From an uncultured Actinomycetes bacterium (GTDB taxonomy: Bacteria; Actinomycetota; UBA4738; HRBIN12): a stretch of 64,000 nt of DNA. The position numbers were made by a program, and so were the translations under genes. The notes under the pieces were generated by a model that made no database searches, was not told the origin of the DNA, and worked only from the letters and a program-made list of their open reading frames with translations. Every line of letters begins with the position of its first letter. Positions within the stretch are counted from its first letter, which is position 1. The DNA is taken from assembly GCA_963704725.1 (NCBI GenBank), contig OY969934.1, positions 928,001 to 992,000 on the forward strand. Reading direction: 5' to 3'. Below are positions 18,274-29,192 of this stretch, in pieces.

Positions 18274-19224
18274 ATGAAGGTCGTCGAGCACCTCGCGAAC
18301 GCCACGCGCCCCCTGGTCAGCGTCGAGATCATCCCCCCCAGGCGCGGGGGAGACGTCCGGCGGATCTACGAGGCGGTCTCCTCGTTGATGCCGTTCGACC
18401 CGCCGTTCATCGACATCACCAGCCACGCCGCCGAGGCGGTGTGGGACGAGCTCCCCGACGGGACGTGGCGACGGCGAGTCACCAGGAAGGCGCCGGGAAC
18501 GTTCGGCCTGTGCGCGGCGATCAAGCATCGATTCGACGTCGATCCCGTTCCGCACGTCCTGGCCAACGGGTTCACCCGCGAGGAGACCGAGGACGCGCTC
18601 ATCGAGCTGCACTACCTCGGCATCGAGAACGTGCTCGTGATCCGGGGCGACGGGGAGCCGCGGGTCCCCGTCGACGGCCGGTCCGCCAACGAGAGCGGCC
18701 TCGACCTCGTCCGGCAGGTCAGCGACATGAACCGCGGGGTCTACCTGGAGGAGCTGCTCGAGGCGACGCCGAGCGACTTCTGCGTCGGCGTTGCGGCGTA
18801 TCCCGAGAAGCATGTCGAGGCGCCGAACATGGAATGGGACATCTCGGTCCTGCTCGAGAAGCAGAAGGCCGGCGCCGACTACGCCGTGACCCAGATCTTC
18901 TACGACAACGAGGTGTACTTCCGTTTCCTCAAGGCCTGCCGGGACCGCGGCGTGACGATCCCGATCATCCCGGGCCTCAAGATCATCACCAGGGCTCGGC
19001 AGGTCGGCCTGATCCCGAGGACGTTCGGTGCCACGGTTCCCGAGCGACTCGTCGACCAGGTGATGGCCGCTTCCCCCGACCATGTGGTCGACATCGGCAT
19101 CGCCTGGGCGCTCGAACAGACGCGCGGGCTCTTCGACGGCGGTGCGCCGTCCGTCCATTTCTACGTCATGCAGAACACGGCGCCGCTCGTGTCGCTGATG
19201 GAGCGGCTCCGGGCCGAACCCTGA
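18274..19224 (+). CDS. metF: 5,10-methylenetetrahydrofolate reductase
   Basis: SVEIIPP, FIDITSH, PVPHV, NVLVIRGD, VAAYPEKH, KAGADYAVTQIFYD, PIIPG and HFY motifs. TACACT box 10 nt upstream. Confidence 0.92.
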   Translation: MKVVEHLANATRPLVSVEIIPPRRGGDVRRIYEAVSSLMPFDPPFIDITSHAAEAVWDELPDGTWRRRVTRKAPGTFGLCAAIKHRFDVDPVPHVLANGFTREETEDALIELHYLGIENVLVIRGDGEPRVPVDGRSANESGLDLVRQVSDMNRGVYLEELLEATPSDFCVGVAAYPEKHVEAPNMEWDISVLLEKQKAGADYAVTQIFYDNEVYFRFLKACRDRGVTIPIIPGLKIITRARQVGLIPRTFGATVPERLVDQVMAASPDHVVDIGIAWALEQTRGLFDGGAPSVHFYVMQNTAPLVSLMERLRAEP

Positions 19225-19230
19225 ACGCGC

Positions 19231-19260
19231 CGAGGGCGCCGGCTGGTGCCGGCGCCCTCG
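19231..19260. terminator. perfect 13-bp GC hairpin between convergent metF and multicopper oxidase
   Basis: CGAGGGCGCCGGC-TGGT-GCCGGCGCCCTCG; no U-tract. Confidence 0.65.
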
Positions 19261-19275
19261 TGCGATGCCGCGTCG

Positions 19276-22200
19276 TTACGGCGTGGTGATGACGAACACG
19301 TTCGACCAGGCCGACGAACCGACGACGTTGAACGTCGCACGGATCCGGTAGTAGTAGGTCGTGCCCCGAAGCAGTCGTGTCTGCGTGACCGTGGTGACGG
19401 TCGCACCGAGCTGTTGACTGCTCGCCCTGGTGAACGCCGGGTTGGTGGCCCGCTGGAGCTGGAACCCGGTCTGGCCGACCGAGTTGATGAGCCAGGTCAG
19501 GGTCACGTTGGCCCGGTTGCCGGCCACGACCGCGGAGCCGTCGAGGCCGGACGGTGCGGTCATGTCTGGCACGACGACCACCCCGGTGGTGGTCGCGTAC
19601 GCGGACTGGCCCGCCGTGTTCACGGCTGCCACCCGGTATGCATGGCTCCCGGGCGTGACCGTCGTGTCCGTGAACACGACGGTTCCGGTGCGGTTCCGGG
19701 CCGGGACCGAGGCGATCTGAACGAACGGCTGTCCGTTGGAGGACCGCTCCACCACGAAGCCGGTCTCGTTCGTCGCGTTGTCCCGCCAGCTCAGGCGAAC
19801 CTGAGGACCGGCCTGCAGCTGCGCCACCGCGTTGGTCGGAGCGTTCGGCAGCGTCGGCACGACGACGATCGCCGTGCTCGACCACGCGGATGTTCCCACC
19901 ACGTTCACCGCGGCAACCCGGTAGCCATACGTGGCTCCGGGGTTGACCGGCGTGTCGAGGAACGCCGTCGCGGTCGGCGTCGCGATCTGCACCCACGCCC
20001 CGCCGTTGGTCTGCTTCTCCACGACGAATCCCGTCCAGTCCAGGTTGTCGGTCCAGGACAGACCGATCTGCGTCGGTGTCGTCGCGGTCCCCGCCACCAA
20101 GGTCGCCGTCAGCGTCGGAGTGGCCGGGAGGAACACCGGCACCGTGACCGCGTTCGACGGCAGCGACCGTCCCACGAAGTTCTCCGCGAGGACCTGGTAG
20201 ACGTAGGTCTGGCCGATCGCCGGCGAGTCCAGGTAGGACTGGCTGTTCGCCGGGAGCGTGGCCAGATCGGCCCAGTTCGCCCCGCCGTCGATCGATCGCT
20301 GGACCACGTAACCGATCTCGTCGGCGGCGTTGTCCGTCCAGGTCAGAGAGACCTGGGGACCGGACTGGAGAGCCGCTTGGAGACCGGTCGGGGCCACGGG
20401 AAGCAACACCTGCCACCGTGGCGGTGTTCGACCAGGCCGATGGCCCGGCGGCGTTCACCGCGCGGACGCGGTAGTCGTACGCCTCGCCCACCGGCATCGT
20501 CGTGTCCGCGTAGGACTGGCTGTTGACGGCCGGCGTCGCGATCTGGGTCCACGACCCGCTGCCGCTGATCGACCGCTCGACCTCGAAGCCGGTCTCATCG
20601 GTGGCGTAGTCCGTCCAGGTCAGAGAGACCTGTGGGCCGGACTGCAGGACCGCCGTGAGGTTGGCCGGAGCGTTCGGCACCGCCGCCGGCACCAGGACCG
20701 TCTCCGGGGTGCTGAGGACCCATGCGGACGGGATGGCCCCGCCCACGGCCCGCAGCCGATACCCGTAGGTGTGACTGGGTGCCACGGCCGTGTCCGTGTG
20801 GGCGGTCGAACCCGCGACAGGAGTCGCGATCTGGGTCCAGGCCCCGCCGTTGTTCGTGCGCTCGATCTCGAAGCTGGCCGTGCCGTTCGAGTTGTCCTGC
20901 CAGGCCAGATCGATCGAGTTGCCGAGAACCGCCGTGAAGTTGGACGGCGCAGCCGGTCCGCCCACGTTCAGCGGGTCGGAGACCGACTTCACGGTCTGTT
21001 GCATGTACGCCCCGCCGTAGCCGACCGTGTTCCGGGTAACGACCCGGTATATGACGGGCGTGGTCGGGGGAGCCGGGTCCGCGAGCGTCCGGACCTCGTG
21101 GACGTTCGGCTGATCCAGCGGTGACTGGATCACACCGACGTCCGTCCAGGTCGTCCCGTCGTCGGACCGCTGCACCAGGAACGACGTCTCGTTGATGGAG
21201 TTGTCGTTCCAGGTCAGGTTGACCCCGTCGAACGCCAAACCGTCCGCCTTGTTCGGCGGGATCGCCACCGTCACCGGCCGCATCATGTCCATCTCCTCGT
21301 GCGACAGGATGTGGCAGTGGTAGACGTACTCCCAGCCGAAGTTGACGAGCTGGTTCGTGATCGGGTCGGTCGGGTCGCCGTTCGCGTCCACGTTGTTGAA
21401 CCCGAGGGTGGAGCCCTCCGGCATCATCGGGTTCAGGGTGCGGACGCTGTTCGGCAGCTCGAACGGGAGCGACGGGATCACCGGCCGGAGGGCCACGATC
21501 GTGTCCTCGAGCGGGCTCACCCGGATGGTGTCCTTCCACCCGAGCTCCGTCGGGTCGGGCGGGATGATGATGTTGTCCCACGTGACCCGGTTCAGGACCT
21601 GCACGTCGTAGAGGTGGAAGTGGATCGGGTGCGTGTCCACCCCGTTGTGCGTGATCTTCCAGATCTGCGTGCCGTCGTTCGCGGTCGCGATCGGCGTGAC
21701 CGAGACGTCACCGGTCGGAAGGTCGGTGGCGTCGATGAGCTCGGTGGACGGGTTCACGTACGGGTACAGGATGATGTTCTGCAACAGCGGGTTCGCGTTC
21801 GGAGCTTCGAGCCCGAGGTTGGCGGTCATCCTCCCGAACTCGTCGAAGGACGCCGAGTTCATCTCGTCGTGGATCCCCTTCGGCTGGAACGGGATCTGTA
21901 GCTTCCCGCTCCCCGGCGCGAAGGCGCTCCGCAACCCGTTGAAGCCGAACAGGTCCGTCGGGTGGTTCCCCTCCTGGATCCTGGCGTAGCCGTCGCATCT
22001 GGTCGCCGCGGCGCTGGCCGGATCCAGGGTCGGGTTGTTGCACCACCCGGCCGACACGAAGTTCGTGCCGTACGCCGAGTTGTAGGCGGCCTGCCCGACG
22101 ATGATCGGGTGCTGGCCCGACTCGAAGACGCCGGAGCCGTCCGCGTGGTGGCGGAACAGGGCGCGCAGCGCCGCGAGGTTGAACGCCGGGGCCGGAGCCG

Positions 22201-25024
22201 AGGCGCTGACGTGGACCTGCATGATCGTACGGGTGTTCGGCCCGTAGCCGGGCAGGGTGGTCGGCGCGCAGGCCGGCGTCAGGTCGGGGCCGCCCGTGTA
22301 GTAGTCGTAGCAGGCGACCCTGGCCGGGAACGCGGCCGGCGCGTCGTTGTACAGGATCAGCGTCTGACCCGCGTACCGGGAGAAGTCGACGATCGTGTCG
22401 GCCCTCTCCGCGGGCGCGAGCAGCAGCGAATGCTGGTCCACGTTGCCGACGTCGAACCGCGTCGGATCGGTGATCCAGGTGATCGGCTGGGCCGGGACCA
22501 CGACCGGAGCCGGCAGGAACCCGCCCTCGGTGCCGATCTGGACCCAGTCGGGGCCTGCGGGGCTCTGGTTCAGGTCCGGTGTGGGAACGACGTTGGGGTC
22601 CTGCTGAGCGGCGGCAAGCTCGCTCGCCTTCAGCGCGACCTCGGTGTCATCACTCGGATCGTTCGGTGTGCCCGCGTCGTCGGCCACGTACCACTGGAGG
22701 TTCCAGAAGCGGTCGTTGGCCGCGTTCAGGATCCGGAAGCGATACGCCGTGGGATCCACCGTCGTGGTCGGGTAGGCCGTGCCGTTGACGATGGGCGTGT
22801 CGTTGAACTGCTCCATCCCGGCCGAGATGTTCGGCGTACCCGGGATCAGCGCGGGCTCGCAGAACCCGTCCGGCGCCGTGGCGGGGTCGCAGTTCGGGTC
22901 GTAGTACGGGTTGTCGATCGGCCCGTACAGCGGAGACGCCGGCGGCCAGAACCACGGCCCGTACATCCAGCGCCCGAAGCCGCTCATGCCGCTCGGGTCG
23001 CCGGGGTTCTGTGCGGGCATGTAGACGTGGTGGTACCAGAGGTTGCCCGTGTCGCCCCAGCGAGCGGCGTCCCAGGTGGGATCCTGCTGGGCGAGCTGGG
23101 CGGGGCCGGGCACGAAGGTCCGGTCCTGGATGATCAGCGGGGTTCCCTCGCCCATGTCGGCGTAGGGGCCGCCGGAGCCGAACAGAGCCTGCTCGGTGTC
23201 GTCGGTGATGACGTAGCCGGCGGCCTCGCCCGCGTACACGTTCAGGCGGGTGATCCCCCAGGCGTGGTCGTGATAGAACATCAGCCGCGCCGACTGCTGG
23301 TTCGTGTAGTAGAAGGTCTGGCAGCCGTCGTTCGCCGCCGAGCAGTCCGGGACATCAGCGGGCTGACCTCCGCCCACCATGTCGGGGACGTTCTGCACGC
23401 TCACGCCCTGCGGCCAGGGTGTCGTCTCGTCGGCCGGTGTGATCCACTGGTGCGGGGTTCCGTCGGAGATCCACGGGGTGATCCCGCCGTGCAGGTGGAG
23501 CGTCGCCCGGTTGTCCTTGAAGCACATGTCGGACTTCGGGTACTCGTTGCACAGAGGGTTCCGGACTCCGTCCAGGACGGTGCCCTCGTCCACCGGGTCG
23601 GCCATGCCCATCATCGGGCCCATGCCCGAGCCCATGATGCTCGAGTCCACCGGCAGGAACAGGTCGCCCTCGCTGCCCGTGGGCAGCAGGTTGTAGAAGA
23701 CGATCCGAACCGGACGGTCCTTCGTCGCCACGATGACCGGCCCAAGGAAGTGCGGGTCGTCCACGCCGACCGCCTGCGTGCCGTCTGGCATCAGGGTCGG
23801 CGTCGTCGTGCCGTCCTTGAGGTCGGTCACCAACGGCACCTGGCTACCGGGAACGACGCTCGTGGAGAGCTGGACGTACTCGCGCAGGAGCGTCGGGGGC
23901 AGGTCCGAGTGCATCTGCTCCCGGTGCTGCACCACGGCGATCACGTAGAAGTCGGCCCCCGGGAACGTCGTGGTGTCCGGCTGCGCGATCGGCAGGTACT
24001 GCCCGAGGTCGTTCGCCCCGGTCGGACCGAGCCCCGGCAGCGTGTCCACGAACTTGCGGATCCCTCCGCCCGTGACGTAGCCCGAGCCGCCGACGAGGTT
24101 CGCGACGTCCGTGATCGTCCCGGACGAAGCCGTGGCCGAGGCCAGCGCGCCTTGCCCGGGCCCGTTGTTCTGGTCCGTGACGGTCACGACCGGGGTGGCC
24201 GTGTACCCGCTGCCGAACGTGTCCAGCACGATCGACTGCACGGACAGGGTGGCCGAGGCAACGGCTCCCGTCCCGCCGGGCCGGATGGGGTCGAACTGCG
24301 TCCCGTCCAGGATCGCCACGCCGGGTGCCGACGTGTAGCCGGATCCCGGAGTGTCGAGCACGATGCCCGTGATCGACACCTCGCCGGGGGTCCCGTCGGG
24401 GAGCGGGGGCACGGTGCAGTAGGGAGGACTTCCCTCGACATCACCCGCGCACAGGACGTGCGCCGTGGGCACCGTGCCGTTCGGGTCGTCCGGGAGGTCG
24501 AACGCGACCGTCGGCACGTGGTAGCCCGCGCCCCCGTCGACCAGGCTCAGCGCGTCCACGCTGCCGAACGCGGTCGCGGTCGCATCCGGCGCTCCGCCGG
24601 AGAACGCGACGACCGGATGGACGTACCCGGCGCCCGGCGCGTCCACCTGCACGGCGGAGACCGCGCCGGAGGACGTGACGACCGCGTCGGCCGATGCTCC
24701 GGTCCCGGCTCCCGTGAAGGCGATCGTCGCGAAGGAGTAACCGCTGCCCGGGTCGGTGATCGTGACGCCGGTGATGGCTCCGTTCGCTCCGACCGTCGCC
24801 GTGGCCGTGGCGCCAGTCCCGTCGCCCTGGATGTCGACCGCGACATCCGGCAACGTGTACGGGCTGTTGGCCCAGTTCGGATACGGCCCGAAGTAGTGCG
24901 GGACCTTCGTCTCATCCGTCGGGCTGATCGGTGCAGCGGTGGCCACGCCGCCTGGAATCTGCCCGGCCATCATCGCGATCATCGCGACGATGGACAGGAT
25001 CCCGACGATCTTGTGTTTGCTCAT
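19276..25024 (-). CDS. large secreted multicopper oxidase with Gly/Thr-rich repeats and fibronectin type III repeats; 1-bp frameshift at ~20413
   Basis: Signal peptide MSKHKIVGILSIVAMIAM. All four Cu motifs present: TLHLHG, FYHDH, HPIHFH, YHCHILSHEEMDMM. FN3 units (LTWTDNA..ETGF.VERS...YRVRAVN) continue in the second frame 19276..20409. Confidence 0.85.
19279..21260 (-). repeat. tandem FN3-domain coding repeats
   Basis: About 7 FN3 units. Near-identical DNA stretch tccgtccaggtcagagagacctg at ~20333 and ~20610. Confidence 0.75.
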
Positions 25025-25124
25025 CGTGCGGTGCCCCCTCTCCAGAGGCCCAAGACCGAGTCCTCTCCTGCCCCGCGGAGCCGGCGCTCGGTCACCGTCC
25101 GGCAAAGGGGGGTCTCCTCGTGTC

Positions 25125-25322
25125 GATGACCTTCGTGAGGCCTAGCCCGACGCCCGTGGCTCGGACCATGGGTCCGAGCTCGAGATGTCGCCGGGTCGGC
25201 CGTCCCTTCCGACGCCGCACCCTCCCCTGTCCGGCGCAGGCCTGGCCGACGAAGAGGATGGGTCCGAGGGAGAGATCGCTTGAGAGCCGGGGGACCTCCC
25301 CCTGAGGGATCGAAGGTCCCTG
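25125..25322. promoter_or_regulatory. cluster of GGACC/GGTCC palindromic boxes upstream of the multicopper oxidase
   Basis: Perfect IR GCTCGGACC-ATG-GGTCCGAGC (25159-25179), ATGGGTCCGAG repeated at ~25258, GGGATCGAAGGTCCC at ~25306. Confidence 0.4.
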
Positions 25323-25325
25323 GGG

Positions 25326-26204
25326 TTACGTCGTTTGGCGGAGATGCGTGGCGAGCGCGCTGAGGTCGCGCGCGCCGAGCCCCGCGTCGAGGGCATCTCG
25401 CACCGCGGCGCGGTTGGCCTCGCCCTGGCGCATGGGGGCGCCGACCTCGGCGGCGAGGGCGAGGATCAGGTCGAGGTCCTTGGCCACGAGGCCGAGGCTG
25501 AACGCGACGGGCGTCTCGTCGGGCCGCTCGAACGCCGGCCGCTTGTACAGGACGAAGGGGGCCGCGGCCGCGCCCGAGGCGAAGACCTCGTAGGCGGTCG
25601 TGCGCTCGATCCCGGCGCGCTCGGCGAGCACGAGCGCCTCGGAGAGCGCCACGCCGAGCCCGTGGACGAGCCCGTTCACCGCCAGCTTGATCGTGGCTCC
25701 GCTCCCGAGGCCGCCCACGTGGATCACTTTCTTCGACAGCGCGTCGAGCACGGGGCGGACGCGTTCGAGCGCAGCGGCGTCCCCGCCGACCATGATCAGG
25801 AGCGTGCCGGTCTCGACCAGCGGCACGCTTCCGGAGACCGGCGCGTCCAGCAGGGTCGCGCCCCGAGCCTCGATCGCGGGTGCGACCTGCCGCACCGTCT
25901 GCGGCGCGATCGTGCTCATCTCGAGCACGACGTGCCCGGGCCGAAGCCCCTCGGCGAGCTGCGAGCAGACGGCAACGACGGCGTCGTCGTCGGCCAGGCT
26001 CGTGATCGCGAGGTCGGCGGACGCGACCGCCTCGGCCGCCGTCCGGGCCACCGTCGCGCCCGTCCGCGACCCCACGTCGTCCGCCTTGGCGCGGCCGCGG
26101 TTCCACACGACGACACCGAACCCGGATCGGGCGAGCGTGCCGGCCATCGCGCCGCCCATGCGGCCCGCTCCGAGGATCGCGACGGTGGTGCCGGACTCGC
26201 TCAC
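25326..26204 (-). CDS. NAD(P)-dependent beta-hydroxyacid dehydrogenase (3-hydroxyisobutyrate dehydrogenase family)
   Basis: LGAGRMGG, WNR, DAPVSGS, IKLAVN and AKDL motifs. GTG start overlaps the SDR stop. Confidence 0.92.
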   Translation of the reverse strand: MSESGTTVAILGAGRMGGAMAGTLARSGFGVVVWNRGRAKADDVGSRTGATVARTAAEAVASADLAITSLADDDAVVAVCSQLAEGLRPGHVVLEMSTIAPQTVRQVAPAIEARGATLLDAPVSGSVPLVETGTLLIMVGGDAAALERVRPVLDALSKKVIHVGGLGSGATIKLAVNGLVHGLGVALSEALVLAERAGIERTTAYEVFASGAAAAPFVLYKRPAFERPDETPVAFSLGLVAKDLDLILALAAEVGAPMRQGEANRAAVRDALDAGLGARDLSALATHLRQTT

Positions 26205-26902
26205 AGGGGCAGCGTCCACCCGCCGTCGACCCGGAGCTCGGCGCCGGCCATCGAGCGATTCTCGAGCAGGAACGTCGCGGCATCGACGATCTCGCCCATC
26301 GCCACCCATCGGCCGGTGAGTGCCCGCTTCCTCACGGCCTCGAGCGCCTCGGTCTTGCCGGCCCAGTAGGGGCTGTCGCCGACGATCCCCGGGTGGAGCG
26401 CGTTGACCCGGATCGGCGCGAGCTCGACCGAGAGCGTCCGGACCAGGCCGTCGACGCCGTGATTGATCGTCGTGATGGTCGTCGATCCGGGATACGGGCG
26501 GTCCTTCGCCAGGCCGCCGAACATCACGACGGCGGACTCGTCGTGCATCCTCGGAACGAGCGCGTGCACGACCTCCGTGTACCCGACGAGCTTGAGGGTC
26601 ACCAGGCGGACGGCCGCGGCCACGTCGTACTCGCGCACGGTGTTCTGGTCGCGATCGAGCGCCGCGAGCACCAGATAGTCGACGTCGCCGAGACCCGCGA
26701 CCGCGGGCGCGATGCTCTGGGGCTCGGACAGGTCGAACGCGATCCCGGTCGTCGAGCCCCCGAGCTCGGCCGCGACCTCCTTGGCGCGAACGTCGTCGCG
26801 ACCGGTGACGACGACCTCGCGGCCCTCGTCGGCGTAGTGGCGGGCGACCTCCTTCCCGAGCCCCGTCGTGCCGCCGACCACCACGACCAGACCGTCGTTC
26901 AT
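26201..26902 (-). CDS. short-chain dehydrogenase/reductase (atypical, lacks YxxxK)
   Basis: VGGTTGLG Rossmann motif, LSVELAPIRVNALHPG and VDGG. GGAGGAGG RBS. Confidence 0.88.
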   Translation of the reverse strand: MNDGLVVVVGGTTGLGKEVARHYADEGREVVVTGRDDVRAKEVAAELGGSTTGIAFDLSEPQSIAPAVAGLGDVDYLVLAALDRDQNTVREYDVAAAVRLVTLKLVGYTEVVHALVPRMHDESAVVMFGGLAKDRPYPGSTTITTINHGVDGLVRTLSVELAPIRVNALHPGIVGDSPYWAGKTEALEAVRKRALTGRWVAMGEIVDAATFLLENRSMAGAELRVDGGWTLPL

Positions 26903-27810
26903 CGGGCCTCCTCCTTCTCCGTCGCGAGCGCGTTCCGCAGGTACTCCCAGTCGCGGGCGAACCGGTACGAGTGCCGGGCCGGCGGCGCCGGCGCTTGTGT
27001 CTCGAGCCAGCGCACGGGGCCGGGGCCGGGGTTCGAGAACGAATGAACGCAACCCACGCCGGCCCACCCCACGTCGCCGGGCCCGAGGCGGTAGCGCTCG
27101 CCGTCGAACGACCCCTCGACCGAGCCCTCGAGGATCATGTAGGTCTCCTCGAAGGGGTGATCATGCGGGCCCGCCCCGCCGCCCTCGTCGTTCTGGACCA
27201 TGAACATCGTGGAGAGCTGTGCCCCGAGCTCGGAGTCGATCATCATCTTCAGCGTGATCCCGCTGTAGACGAGGAGCGCCGTCCGCGCGCTCGCCGACAC
27301 GGCCATCAGGTCCTGGGTTTGATTCGCGACGGCCATGTTCTCCGGCCCGATGTGTCCGAAAGACCGCATGCGCGGGTCGCGGACGTCCACGGCGACGGGT
27401 TCGAGCTCCGGCAGGGGCGGCACGAAGTAGGTGTCGCCGTCGTGCGCCGGACGGGGTTGCGGGGCCGACATCGCCGCCAACCGCGTGGTCGCCCCGGACT
27501 CGTTCGCCAGCGCGTGCGGCTGCCCGAGAGGGATGAGGGCGTAGTCCCCGGCGACCAAGCGGATGGCCGCCTCCGCCGTGCGCAGCACGACCACGCCATC
27601 GATCACGTAGAGGCTCTCCTCGTACGAATGGACGTGCCAGTCGATGCGACCGCCGGGATCCATCTCGCCGATGCCGAACCCCGTGTGCACGGCTCCGGCA
27701 ACCTCGTCCACGATCGTCCACCGCCGGTACCCCGACGTGTGCCCCTCGAGGGCTGGGGGGAGATTCCACGAGGCCTCGCCTGCCGCCCGCACGACGTGTC
27801 GCGGGCTCAC
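26899..27810 (-). CDS. bicupin domain protein
   Basis: Two cupin motifs: HVHSYEE...PLGQPH and HDHPFEE...GVGCVH. GTG start overlaps the amidohydrolase stop. Confidence 0.88.
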   Translation of the reverse strand: MSPRHVVRAAGEASWNLPPALEGHTSGYRRWTIVDEVAGAVHTGFGIGEMDPGGRIDWHVHSYEESLYVIDGVVVLRTAEAAIRLVAGDYALIPLGQPHALANESGATTRLAAMSAPQPRPAHDGDTYFVPPLPELEPVAVDVRDPRMRSFGHIGPENMAVANQTQDLMAVSASARTALLVYSGITLKMMIDSELGAQLSTMFMVQNDEGGGAGPHDHPFEETYMILEGSVEGSFDGERYRLGPGDVGWAGVGCVHSFSNPGPGPVRWLETQAPAPPARHSYRFARDWEYLRNALATEKEEAR

Positions 27811-29174
27811 GCGTCCGCCTTCGCCGTGGCCTGCTTTCGCTCCAGCGCCTCCCGCAGGTACTCGCTCGACGCCTCCACCGCCATGCGGGCGCGGTCCCAG
27901 TCGGCGACGAGCTCGCCGTTCCGCTTGTGGATCTTCCCGCCGACGATGACGGTGTCCACGTTGGCGGTGTCGGCGCTCAGCACGACGGCGCCGACGGGGT
28001 CGATGACCGGCGAGATCCCCGGGCCGCGGCCGTCGATCACGACCACGTCGGCCTGCTTGCCCGGCGTGAGTGATCCGGTCCGGTCCTCGAGGCCCACGAC
28101 GTGCGCGCCGTCGAGAGTCGCCATCGTGAGCATGTCCCGGGCGGTGAGGGCGTTCTCCGGCAGGGGCTCCTCGCTCGCCCACACCGAGTCGTTGCTCCGC
28201 CAGCGCTCGGCGGCGAAGGCGCACCGCATCTCGGTGAACATGTCGCCGGGGACGGTCGTCACCACGTCGATCGACAGGCTCGGCCGCAGCCCGTACGAGC
28301 GGGCCTTGGCCACCGGCGGCCAGCCGTGGCCCATCTGCATCTCGACCTGGGGGGCGATCGAGATCGTCCCCTTGCTGTCGGCCACGAGCTGCCACTCCTC
28401 GTCGCTGAAGTAGCAGGAGTGGATGTACGTGGTGTCCGATCCCAGCAGGCCGAGCCCCTCGAGCTGCTTCACCATGCTCCACTTGCCGGCGAGCTTGCCC
28501 ATGGCGATGTGCAGCGTGATGGGGATCCCGAGGTCCCGGGCCGTGGCCCACTCCTGTTGGACGACGTCGTCCTGGCAGAACCCCGGTCCGCGCGTGGCGA
28601 GCGCCATCGTGAGCAGCCCGTCGTCGGAGGAGAAGTAGGTGCTCCGGATCCTCGCGACGTCGTCGCGCGGGATGGCGATCGAGCTGTTGAACCAGTAGTC
28701 GGCCAGCGAGGTGTTCGCGCTGCCGTACGCGAACACCGCCCGGATCCCGGAGTCCCGAAGGCCCGTCACGCCGGCGTCGGGATGGTCCGGCGTGTTGTTG
28801 ATGTGGGACCAGTCGAGCAACGTGGTGATCCCGGCGTTCAGGCACTCGAGCGCGCCGGCCAGGTTGCTGGCGTAGACGTCCTCGGGGCGGTACAGCGGGG
28901 CGAAGCTGTCGAGCACCTCGACGAAGTAGTCGTCGAGCGTCGCGTTCGGCGCGCAGTTGCGGATGGCCGCCTCCCACGTGTGCCGGTGCGAGTCGACGAA
29001 CCCCGGGATGACGATGCAGCCGGTGGCGTCGATCACCTCGGCGTCGGCGCTGAGCCCCGTCCCGACCTGCGCGATCGTGGTCCCCTCGATGAGGACGTCG
29101 CCGCCGGCGATGTCGCCGAGCTGCGGGTCGACCGTGAGGACGTGACCACCCTTCACCAGGATCCGATCGGCCAT
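27807..29174 (-). CDS. metal-dependent amidohydrolase (TrzA/AtzA/MTA-SAH deaminase-like)
   Basis: PGFVDSHRH, TLH, YIH, SID and GSLTPGKQADVV motifs. AAAGGGAG RBS. Confidence 0.92.
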   Translation of the reverse strand: MADRILVKGGHVLTVDPQLGDIAGGDVLIEGTTIAQVGTGLSADAEVIDATGCIVIPGFVDSHRHTWEAAIRNCAPNATLDDYFVEVLDSFAPLYRPEDVYASNLAGALECLNAGITTLLDWSHINNTPDHPDAGVTGLRDSGIRAVFAYGSANTSLADYWFNSSIAIPRDDVARIRSTYFSSDDGLLTMALATRGPGFCQDDVVQQEWATARDLGIPITLHIAMGKLAGKWSMVKQLEGLGLLGSDTTYIHSCYFSDEEWQLVADSKGTISIAPQVEMQMGHGWPPVAKARSYGLRPSLSIDVVTTVPGDMFTEMRCAFAAERWRSNDSVWASEEPLPENALTARDMLTMATLDGAHVVGLEDRTGSLTPGKQADVVVIDGRGPGISPVIDPVGAVVLSADTANVDTVIVGGKIHKRNGELVADWDRARMAVEASSEYLREALERKQATAKADA

Positions 29175-29192
29175 CGATCTCCCTTTCTTTTG

